Shown here piece after piece: positions 12,273-23,554 of a DNA stretch of 64,000 bases (its first letter is position 1; each line of letters opens with the position of its first letter). The DNA comes from Halocafeteria seosinensis (Eukaryota): positions 1-64,000 of the forward strand of contig LVLI01000141.1 of assembly GCA_001687465.1 (NCBI GenBank). The letters are read 5' to 3'. A program made the translations under genes and the position numbers. The notes beneath the pieces were generated by a model. The model did no database searches, was not told the origin of the DNA, and saw only the letters and a program-made list of their open reading frames with translations.

Positions 12273-12820
12273 CTGGAGAACTGACGCAGTACCAGTGGTA
12301 CGATGGCTTTTCGTTTCCCGATTCTTTGTAATTCATTTACCCATGGAATCGCATTACTGGAACTATTCAAGAGAAAACTTTATTGAGACGAGATCTATTT
12401 CTGTATCTCTGTTTCCTGTTCATGTGTTGAGTGAAATTTTTGAGAATTCAAATGCTCTGTCCGTCCGCGTTCCTAGCGCCGATGTACTTATTAGGTAGCC
12501 AAGAGGCAAAAAGTGCACACAATTCTCCCTCCATCTTTTGCCTTAATATCACATCCTGTCCTACATACTTTTACCAGGTTCCACGTGCAGCATCGATCAA
12601 AGAACTATTTCGTCTGCTCGGAAAAGTCGACGAAATGTTTGCTTGTTATTCTGATTTTTCGAGGCGCCTGCGTTCAACCAAGAGTACTACAAGAAGAAGC
12701 CACCATTGTTGTCGATGGATTCTCTTTTCCATTGTCACTATCATTACGCAAACCCGTGCGCTTTCTGTTTAGCCACAGCTTCTGGTACAGCCCTCTACAT
12801 GCTCTGGTTGACGTGGTAGG

Positions 12821-15800
12821 ATGGACCCTTTTACGTGGTTGGATAATGCCGGAAGTGGTGCTACCCACGGGGAAGCTGCTCACAGCTCTATCATGCCTCC
12901 CACGGGTGATGAAATGGAGTTTTCGAAACACGGACTCCACGATGACGAGGATGACGAATATTTAATGTACCTAGCATCTGCGGTAGACTCGTCTGTATCC
13001 GATTCATACAGTCACACGTTCGGAGGGGCAGGTGAAAAAGGGGAAACACCTCTTTCAACTCACGGACAGTCGTATATGAACACGACTGGGACAGTAACAA
13101 CATCGGCATCCGAAGGGATATATTCTGATGCCCCCGATCTACCGCAAAAGGCAATTCGGGACCCAGAGTCAGAATACGATGGACGATGCACAGCCCTGAC
13201 GGAAGGCCGAGGTTCGGATGGCGTTCATCACAGGTGCAGCGCCAACGTACCTCAAAAGTAAGCTTATCGTGTCTTATTGATTTCTGGAATATACGAAATT
13301 ATAACTCTATGGGCTATTTTTTCCGCTATGGTGGTGTTGTTCAGCCCTCAATTATTTTGCACGGCTCACAACACGCCGTCAAACAGAAGAGTGGGAACCC
13401 TGTGGCAGGTAAGCTGTGACGAGACAGTACAGAGTTCGACTCATTGTCGAAATCTATCATGTGATAATGCAGCATCCGATCTCATGTCCTGTTTGTTCTC
13501 GTCGGGGAAGCAAAAACGACATTTTTCCTCCCCAGAGCTATGACATCTGTGTCAGAGAAAATCGTCGTTGTTCCTCGTCCACTGATACAGTAGACGAAAG
13601 CGAGATAGATGCTAAGGTTGCCAAAATTGAGAAACAAAAACAAAAAGAAAAGAGTGATCAGCAAAGACGGTCGAAACAAGGAGATGCTGTACTACGTCAC
13701 CCTTCGCAGAGTCGCTCAGCGAAGAGCTCGCAGAAGAAGCCCCAAACCAACTCAAGCAGCAGGTCTCTAGACTCTCAGAGAGACAGTTTATTGTTTCGAA
13801 AACGTGAGGGTACACAAGATCAACAGGATAGAATGGTTTCTCACTCAGCAAATGGGGCTCCCGAGGAAAACCAGCGGTTTACGACGTTTCCCCTTGACCC
13901 CCCGGAAAATTCCCGCGAGAATGTACCTGTGGCCAGCAGTTCGAGTTCTGCTGCGGGACACAGGAGCAGCCAAAACGTAAATCACTCGGGGTCGAGATAT
14001 ACCGATGGTCCTCGTGGTCTGTCTCAGGACTTTGGTCTAATGGGGTCCCGTGACTTTGTTGGCTCCTACGACAGTGTGCTCGACGGTTTTCTGGCAGATA
14101 TTCCGGACATGAACTTTGGCAGTGATATTGATCCCTGGGATCTTACTTTAACAGACCACGAAAGCAATATTCCTCCTCGCGACTCCTTCTCAGGCCCCGC
14201 GCGAAGCCACCACAGAACCGATCCCTTCGATGGTATCGACTGGGATGTTCCCGCGTCCTTTAGCGACGATATTTTCCGAGACCCTGTGAATTCTAGAATG
14301 GATACACGGGAGCATCAGGCATCACATTTCAAGCATATACGTCCCAGCTACAAGCGGGAACGATCGTCATCGCAGTACTCTCTCGACGAGTTTCCTGTAT
14401 CGAACAACGTTGCGGATGCTCATAATGGTACTCGTCATCGGCCGGAATCCTCAAAAAAGGAAAGCGCTGAAGCGAGAGGGAAGCCGCAAGGGTTATCGCG
14501 ATCCCTACAAGAGCCTAGTGGGATAGTGGCAGTGGTTCAGCTTCCTCGGTTCTTGATGCCTTCGCGATGGCGAGATCCACCAGGTTTTCGAAGCTGCTTC
14601 CAAGAGGTACGGCAAACATCAAACGATCCCTTGTGCGCGACTGAGAACCGTATATGCAAAAGCGCTATGGCGAACAACGTTGAAAAGTCGATCGACTATT
14701 TTCTGAACTGCAATAGGAACGCATACCAGCGCGGTTCAAAAATCAAAGAGGCTTCAATGGCATATCTTTGGAATGTCCTTGCAGAAGCTTATTCACGCGT
14801 GCACATTTGTCCTTGGAATATCCTCACGGAGAAGTTTCCAACCTCCGATCTGAAGGTACGCGAAGTCGTGTGTAGCAGGCGGTAAAAATTTAGATACTAA
14901 AGCTTTCATGTATTATTGCTTGCAGAATTTTACACCTGTGGATGTCTTGTGTCGGACAGTAGAAGTGCCTGCCGGCGGGAAGGGTATTGTTCCGCAGACA
15001 AATGAAGAGTGGATGCTCAAAGATGTTATGATAGAGAAAGGCAGCACCAAGACCCCTCTACTTGAATCTGCGGAATATCTCGACGCGTCGGATCCCGAAA
15101 TCCCAACTGCTGCGTCAGCGCGAGACCCGGGTAATAGCAGTAGATCGATGACTTCTGCGGAAAGCCTAAGCTCGATCGGTGCTCAAAGTCCTCATCCTAG
15201 CTCCTCATCGATGGTCCCGTTGCCGTCATCGTCGGAAAGTATCCAACAGGATTCTTTTTCTTTAAGCAGCACTTACCACCGTCCAAGGTCTTATAGTAGC
15301 AGTATCATTTTACAGAGGTATACAGGCCTCAATGACAATACGGATGGAGAAAAGGGGCGATCAAAGAAGGTAGCAGCAGGTAAGTATTTTGAATAACAAG
15401 GGTGGGGCTGATGAAAGAATTGAAGTAGCTCGCTGTTCTGTAACCACAGAACTGGCGGCAGAGGGTGATGGTGCGTTCACTATGTCGACTGATCCTATTT
15501 CTGGAAATGGAAGCGTACAAACCAATTCTTCGCATCAAGCAGCCGGTCTCCATCCACCGATATCTGATGCTAAGCCGCAACAAATGGGCGATGGCTACCG
15601 ATTGCACAAGGAAGCGAATGCTTCTCCCATCTTAGTCATGCTTCCACTTGAAGGCACAGAATGGTTCCTTACCAGGATTCAATGGAATCCTATCCCCGAG
15701 ATTCAGATTTTTGAGCCTGCTGGCACATCCTTTCATCAATGCAGGGAAAAATTGAAGCCACTGATTTCTTGGCTCGATTGCGTACATCCCCTACCTAACG

Positions 15801-16003
15801 GGTGGTTGAACGCAACAGTTGAAGCAGCAAGTTTCTCCATGCGCGAAGATACAGGTGTTGCATCTCTACTGTTTGCCGAAAAGTGTTGTCAAGGGCAATA
15901 CCGACAGGATATTGATGCGTGGACTGAAGATAAAGACGTAAGAGACTATCGTCTCATTATACAAGAGTATCTCAAATATGAATTTCGCTCCGTCCTGAGT
16001 TGA
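12821..16003 (+). CDS. Large protein: Cys/His Zn-finger-like N-terminal motifs, disordered middle, degenerate Ulp1/SENP (peptidase C48)-like domain
   Basis: 5 exons with compatible phases. Spliced CTALTEG...RCSANVPQNPQLFCTAH and CPVC...C...C. C-terminal LPLEGTEWFL...IFEP...EDTGVASLLFAE resembles Ulp1 HW/YDS/DCG motifs. Confidence 0.6.
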
Positions 16004-16606
16004 CTGTTGCCGCGCCACTGGACCCGAGTTCGTCGAATATAGCCGTGGGATAGTAGATGAGGATAGTCAATGGCAGTAGACCGTCCATCCAGCCGTTCCG
16101 AATAGAACAGACGTCTCAGTGACACCCCTAGTTTCACTGCTGCATCCAGATTTTTTCAGCTTCCTTCTACTACCAGTAAGGTAACGCATGCGGCGGCATG
16201 CCTGGCCATCCCATCAAGCCGATGTTTGTGAATTCGTGATCTCGCAGAGTCTAATCCAATCTTGAGCACCATGAAGTAGTTGTACTAGAAACAAAACGGA
16301 ACAGCTCTGTCTACAAGAACAACCGTGCCATAAGACGGTCTTATTAAAACCACGCGTACTTGTACTTGCACTCCACCCTCGGCATTTTGTGAAGCTGCCT
16401 GTTGCAGACTACAGTCTGCCTCGGTGGTGCAATGACATCTGATAGAATGGTGAATATAGACCCAAGATCGTAGTACCCATTCTACAACAAAAATGACGTA
16501 GATGGTAGTCTTTCCTGCCGGAAACATAGTCCATCCCAAGACAAAGTGTTGATTGAAGTTGCGCAGGATATAACCTACTTGTAGAGACACGTCATCTATA
16601 CACGAC

Positions 16607-17502
16607 ATGGCGCTCAATCCTCCTGTTACGCAGGACGGCATCCCTATGGCCGTCCCCGGGGAGCGCTATTTGTGCTTCAGGACCAATATCAAAACGTCCA
16701 TCAATATGACAAAGTAAGTCGAGTTGGCAATTACACTCGTGGAAGAATGAAATTCAGCGAATGTGTTGGTCCAGTCCGCGAGGTAAGGTATCAGCCACAG
16801 GTCAACTATTTTTGACGACGAAGAGGTTATGCTTTGTTGTGCAAAGTGGAAACCCTAAAATTCCTGGCTCCAATGCTGCACTCCGGGCGTTGGTAAGATG
16901 ATCAAGAAGAACGTTCTGAATGGTCGTACGCTGAATTGGAACTGTGATGCATTATGCAGGATATTCCAATTTCCCATGTTACGCATCAGGAATTCAAGCA
17001 GCCCATTTTTGGAGCAAATTATTTGCAGTGCAACCTAAATCCAGTTCCGTCCATGGGAACCCAAGGTCCGCTGGAGGTTAAGTTGGAGTTTCGCGATGGC
17101 GGATGTGGACTCTTTCTCAAGTTATGGTTCCCGTTGATGCAAGCGATTGAACCTGCCACTCCCGGTATCGAATGGGAAGGCTTTGTTGAACGCGTTGACG
17201 ACTATCTTCGCTACGCTTCAGGAAGTGATCCGACTGATCCTACTCATCTATACATGTCTCAACCGGATATCCCCACCGCTCCAGCTATCGGTCCAAGTGG
17301 AGCAGGCTACGCATACTATGACAATTCCGCAGGAGGAAGCCAAACGTCCTCAATGACGGATGTGGCGCCGACTGCGCCTTCATCGTCTATGCCTCGTGAT
17401 GATGGTAGAAATACGGACGCTCCTCCACCATACGACTCGCGGGGCGAACACTCGCCCAGGCAACAGGCTCAAACGAGGAATGCCTACAGAGCAACCTCAT
17501 AA
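16607..17502 (+). CDS. WBP2: WW-domain-binding protein 2-like (PH-GRAM domain plus Pro-rich PPxY tail)
   Basis: MALNP start, GQLFLTTKRLCFV, FKQPIFGANYL, KLEFRDGGC, C-terminal APPPY. Confidence 0.8.
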
Positions 17503-17683
17503 TTGCTTCTGCAGACCGTGTTTATGTGATACTCTAGCTAGGCTCATTTCCATTCTGAAACGTTCCAGTTGAACTGAAGAAATCACCCTCACTTGTTATG
17601 TGTTTGGAGTGGGGCGACCATGCACAACAGTGCATTAGCCTACGCGGTATTAGCACGTGCATGTGTATATTGATCGTTAACAA

Positions 17684-19869
17684 TTAGCCACGCTTTTCTG
17701 GAGGTCTATAGGCCATACCAATCTTGTCAAATATGTCTTCCTCAGAATTCAACGGTTCGGGCTCCCCCATTTTCACATCTCCAGCTTTGGGTGCACCTCG
17801 CTTTTTCATTTTACCTGTTATTCGTATTCATTATAGATCATATCTGCTTGTTGCGAGAACGAGCAAGTGACCTTACCTTCTTCAATTGCCTCCTCGATTT
17901 CGCCTTGAGTCCACTGACCGCGTTCTTTGCGCAATGCATATGCGTTGAGCACGTATCCTTTCTTCTTCGCAGATGCCCGAATTGAGGACAGGAAAATATC
18001 GGGTCCTGCACTAGCGCAGTTAGCGTAACGCACATTAGCTTCGGAATACACTCAAGATGCGTACCTGTTGAGTAAAGGACGGATGGCCACCAGAAATTGT
18101 AAGGAATGATCTTCAAGATCAGCTGGCGATGAATAGGTCCAGTCAACGGCTTGTCTTTATCACCTTTTGAATCCTCCTCAATTCGACGCTTTTTGGCTTC
18201 CATTTCTTGCGGATCCATGACTTCGATGGAGGGGCCCGAGCTTGTTTTACGCTTGTTAGCATTTCCTTCTTGACCTCTTGCAGCTGCAAGATTGCCACGC
18301 CCCCACATCGATGGGACGTTGCCACCTGATTTGTCTTCTTCTTCCTCCATTTCTTCCAGTGAGGGGACACTTAACCCGGTAACTGCTGGAGCAGACGCAG
18401 CAGGTTCTGCAGACTTCTTAGGCGCAGTCTTCGCAGATGTGCTTTTGTCGGTTTCTTCATCAACGTCGTCACTGATATCAATATCGGCGGTAGAGCTCTT
18501 CTGCGTTGGTTGAGAATTCCCGCTGGTGGTTGGCTCTGAAGAAGTTGCTTCTGCTCCTTCGTTCTTCTGCGGGGCTTTCTTCTTCTGCGAAGGGGCTAGA
18601 AAGATACCCCGGTAAGTGGTTAACCCTTTATCCGAGATTTCAGTCAGATCATCGGTGACAAACTTTTTCTCCTTCAACTTATCGACCAATTTCCGAAGGA
18701 GATCTGGTCCAGGACAAGACTTGGTTTTAGCGTGCTGGGTAACTTTGTCAGGATCTTCGGCAGTATAATCCTGGAGGCAACATACACAAGCACGGAGTCC
18801 ACCATAACCGAGCATTTACCGTCCTGGGTTTAAGAACAAAACATACTGCATGTCTGACAAGAATGTCTACATTCTCAGCTGTGGGGCGACTGCGGCGAAA
18901 CGCCCCAACGAGCTTGGTTTCCATTCCCAGTGATTTCGCCACCTTATCTACTTCTCCATAAATTTCCTCTCCCTGCTATGTGTGACTTACATTCAGCCTA
19001 GTCCTCTTTACTAGAATTCAGCACATTGGTAGACTTACCTCTTCTCTAGCTATAGGCTCCTCCAACTCTCGGACATACTTCAGTCCAATCTTTTGTTGAT
19101 GCGTCAAACTGATCAGAGGAAAAACTGGATGAAAATTCGCAGCTAATATCGAGGACAAACTGTGTCCACAGACTAACCTTGCATAGTATTCGGGTTTATT
19201 GAGCTGCTCCAATGAGGTTACGCCACTGTCCGCAAGCTCCTGCATTAAACTTAGAATCATTCATGATGGTCACTTTGAGACTAAAGCAGTAGCGCGTTCG
19301 GTCGTACTGATGCTTTGGATGCTCCGATGCCTTGAACACGCTGCAATTCCAGCATCGCTGCCGTAGCAGGGTCTTGCATTATCTCGTTGTAGAGTGCGCA
19401 TTTTCCCGTGGTCACGTATTCGTCAATCTTCTTGGCAATTCCAGGTCCGATGCCTGATAATTTCTGCGCCTCTTTCCCTGGAGTCTCCAGACAATTCAAT
19501 CCCCAAGCTGTTTATACGGACCACGGCAAGAACACTATGACACACATACCACTCTCGACTCGTTTGCGATAGGTCGAAAGTGAATCGACAGCGCTCTTGT
19601 ATGCTCGAACACGCATCCAGTCTTTCTGCCGCGTGTAGTAATCCAGGATCACTTTGAGCATCTGTACCCAAAGCAAACATCATTGAACAGGCCCATACAC
19701 ACGCACACAGTGAGAGAGGGGTGTTTGCCTGGCGTACTTTTGTGATATCCTCATTGTGGTTCACCTCTGAGAGCACTTGCTCCTCCTCCTCTGCCGCCTT
19801 GTCTGATTTCTTGGATTTCGACTGAGGCGAGGCTTTGCCGCCTTTTTTGGATGTGGTTTTCGGAGGCAT
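17684..19869 (-). CDS. DNA polymerase beta-like X-family protein, predicted polymerase-dead, with ~150-aa insertion
   Basis: 8-kDa domain (RAYKSAV..., GIGPGIAKKIDEYVTTGK), HhH VQGIGASKA, GAFRRS..ENVDIL, VLYSTG, C-terminal SEEDIFDKIGMAYRPPEKRG*. Confidence 0.88.
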
Positions 19870-20379
19870 TTTTACCTACATGCACGAAACGGAGCAATTG
19901 TATGGTATATATCGTTGTTTATAGTGTAACTCGTTGGAAAATCAACTCTGTATTCTCTTTAGAGTATATCGTGGCCTCCCGATGACCTCTGTTTGAATTT
20001 GAATTGGTGTTTGAATTGCAGAATATGGAAATCCGCACTAGATCAGTGGCGGGTTTTTCCTCCAACAAACCTATCTATAAATACTGTATACGATTGCAGA
20101 CAAAACGTCTCGTAGAGGGAGGGACCGCTCAATGCTCCTCAGTCGTGGGGCGCAACGTATGCTGTGGACGTGTTGCTGGAGGGGTTTTCACCCCTCGCAA
20201 ATTTCTTTGAAATGCGATTCATCAAAGATCAATTCGACCCGGCAAGACTAACACTAAAGTACGGTGCAATAAACGACCGACAATTTTTAATGCCATCGGT
20301 ACCCATCCATCCATGAAACTGAAGTCACGAAGTAGTCCGTGTAGGTGTTCATGCTGCACTCCACTCATGAACTACACGG

Positions 20380-20720
20380 TGTAACACTAACTTGCATGAT
20401 TATCCCAATAATACCAAGAATTGCAAGAATAATAGCTGTGAGAAATAAGTGTTGTCAACGGATGCGATTAGAAATATCCCGAGAACTGCTTCCACCGACC
20501 AAAGAGCCTCCATCACTCCATGTCCGCTTATTCCAAGTAGTATTCAGAGGCATCTCCGAACAAAGCAAATAGTACAGACGAATCTAGAGCACTGCCGATA
20601 AAAGCACTTGTATCTAGATTACAGTGGGCAGATATAGAGTGATATCGTCGTCCGATTGCGGGAAGGAATCCATCTGCTCGATGTCCAGGAACTCCCTTCC
20701 CACCCCGCGAATAGCTTTTA
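20380..20720 (-). pseudogene. Decayed third copy of the tandem multipass membrane-protein family
   Basis: IEQMDSFPQS..ITLYLPTVI*IQVLLSAVL*IRLYYLLCSEMPLNTTWNKRTW aligns with VEKLDFFPQS..VTLRLFTIVKLQMITSVILWVRMLYLFCTEAKLNTVRNKITW of the neighbour. Stops at 20614-16, 20584-86 and 20400-02, plus a frameshift. Confidence 0.8.
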
Positions 20721-21340
20721 GGAAGTGATCAATGAGCAAACATCGACCATCGTCGCGTTGCACTGTAACCGCCATATCTCCAGGATGGCCACTGACTGCT
20801 AGCTACAGCTAGGTATCTCTGGGTCTAACCAATGTCGCAGTTCGGACGCGTTTGTTGGGCTGGATAGGTTGTGTTACTACCCAAAGTCACCAGAGAGTTG
20901 CGGGAAGTTCCTGATAACCGCGAGTCCCCGGAGCCACAGATGCAGTCACGACATGATCAAGCCAAAGTGATTCTGCCGCATGGTCATTCAACAGATCATA
21001 CGGTACTATAACCCATCCAATGATCTTGGGAGATATGTTACGTAGCTGTGAGGACTAAGAGGGATACAATACAAATAAACCAGGTCAGTCGTCTGACCAC
21101 TAAATGCTAGGGTGCGGACTGAATAGTTCCAGTGTATAGCTGAGGCATACCTGACGCATCGCCAGTGGATCCCGCGCTTCTAAATTGGCGTAGACATGTG
21201 AAGCATAGAAAAGATTGAACTTTTCTGTAGCCGGGTCGATAATACATTCATATTTATACTCTGGAAGTCTAAGTAGCGGGAATACCTGTATTCACCAGAG
21301 GCGCAGTGAGGATATAAGTGAGCCGGGACTTTGGGGACTC

Positions 21341-23010
21341 TTATACGTAGTAGCTAGGGGGAGGCTCCGCAACTGAACTGCTATTCGTAGTATGGTGGTG
21401 CTCCATACGTGGAGCTGCGGGAGGCTCTCCATAGCTATTCCATGAGGGAGACGAAAACGTCCCAACAACACTTTCTGCTGGTGTATTATAGTTTCCTGAC
21501 ATGTCTCCCTGCACTAGTCGAGTCAATGTTTCGTATCGCTCTTACTTACACAAGCATAACGCTTCATGAACGTTCATGAGAGGTCGTCGTACCTGTTGAT
21601 ACTGAAATACCCCATCAGTTGGCGTTGGTTGTCCCTGTGCACTGGAACTGATTGCCACCTGCAACAGTATGGAAGAGCGATGTACTTTGTTATAGCTAAA
21701 CAGGTGTTTCTCTTTCGTACATACCCGGTTAAACGCCTCTTGTATACGGTCAGCTGATCGGGCATCATTTGCTCGAGCTTGACGAAGCTGGGAGAAGAAA
21801 AGCAAGGAGTCAAAAAAGCCCATGGGACGTCAGGTAGATGCATCAGTTCTACCACTCACCAATGAATCTATACCATTGCCAACGTTGTCTTGCCTATGAG
21901 CAGTTGTATTTCGCTGCATCATTATACCGTACGTAGTAGACCGTTACACAAAATACGAGAAAACGAAGCCCGAAACTTACCAGCGCGTGATTCCCTCGCC
22001 CTCCCGATGCTTGTAGTACCGACATCTGTTGCAAGTAGCTGTAAAAATACACATAGGCAGAATTTCACGCGTTGGGGAGCTTACTTGAATATTGCCTGTT
22101 CCGAACTCGTTGCGGCTACCAATTGGGTTTTGAGCCATGCTTGAGCCTTCCACATACGGGTTTTCATCTTTTGAAAATTGTGTGGAGATATTGTTTATAA
22201 CTGCCAAATTTACCAACGATAGAAGCATGCTGAAGTAGGCTGCGAGAAACGCTTGACAGTCCTCAAGATCACTTCCAGCGAACCCCATGAACTGCGAATC
22301 AAGAACCTTAAGAATCTCTATGTAGCGTATTGCCCAGTTGGGGATCAACATTACCTGAATGATGAAAGCCAGGAATCCAGCACTGAACCAATTTACTACT
22401 GCAGCCTTAGCCACGAAGGAAACCAACGAGAGGTACCCTTTGCCAACGCTAGCCCGCTGGGCACAACTACAACATAGAACACCCAACCCAACGTACCAAA
22501 TAGTTTCCACGTAATCTTGTTTCTTACTGTGTTTAGTTTAGCTTCGGTACAAAAGAGGTAAAGCATGCGAACCCAAAGTATGACAGATGTGATCATCTGC
22601 AGCTTCACGATGGTGAACAGCCTCAGAGTGACATGAGCCTCTCCAACGGGCCCTGACTGAGGGAAGAAGTCCAGTTTCTCCACGCTTGTGTCGGAGGTAT
22701 AAGAATAGTACCCCTCCGATGGGACACTCTGCAATCTCATACAACCGATATTCACGAAGCCTTCCCGTGTGTCAACAGCCATGGGAACATACCACAACCA
22801 CGTAAAACAGGCCATACACCACGGTCGTGGTGTCGCCGAATGGGCCAAAGGAGCAGAAGAACCATGTTGGTGCTACCAGGAACGCTACGTGAAATACCGT
22901 GTTGACCACCGACAAGAAGATGGCTGCAAGGAAGGAAGAAATAGGGTAACAATACCTCGGCACTGCTCAGACTCGATCCACTCACTCATGCACTTTGCGA
23001 AGCTACACAT
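21341..23010 (-). CDS. Unknown multipass membrane protein A with C-terminal PPxY (EPPPSYYV); possible spliced extension to 20887
   Basis: Several hydrophobic exons paralogous to gene B (APTWFFCSFG, QFMGFAGSDLEDCQAFLAAYFSM). Confidence 0.65.
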
Positions 23011-23554
23011 GACGGATTATAAGGTCGCAATTTACGCCTTCTCATTGGCAGTGGGAATAACGGTAAAGCGGCTCAATTGGCTGCCACCAATTCCACGCAC
23101 TGTATGCTATACCGCAGCATGGCCAACGGTGTTCGGGAAATTATGCGCACACTTCAACTTCCGCAGATGTACGTCAACTTGTCGTCAAGTACAGTGTACA
23201 AACGCTAACTACGAAGGATATTGGGACAAATCGAAACTATTGAAGTCGCCCTACGTAAGATTATACCGACCATAAGCAGAAGGCAGCAGAGGGCGCCGCT
23301 AAATCCATAGTAAAAGGAAGTGCGTAACAGCAGTTGACCAGTGGTACACATGATACCCAAAGTATTCTACAATAATTGTAGTGGTGTACACTGTACATCA
23401 AATCTCATGCATATGCACAGTACACAGAAATGTGTTAAAAGCATTATTGACGGGGGCAAACGCAAAGACTCGGGGCAGACAATCTGCAGCAGATGTCAGT
23501 GGAGAGATGCGTTGTTGCAGAAACTAATGCTAGGTTCTTCCATACGCATTGGTC

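Noticed and set aside
20380..20720. In-frame TAG/TAA as possible stop-codon reassignment or readthrough
   Set aside because: The stops align to different residues (K, W, H) and co-occur with a frameshift. TAA, TAG and TGA all terminate conserved genes elsewhere in the window.
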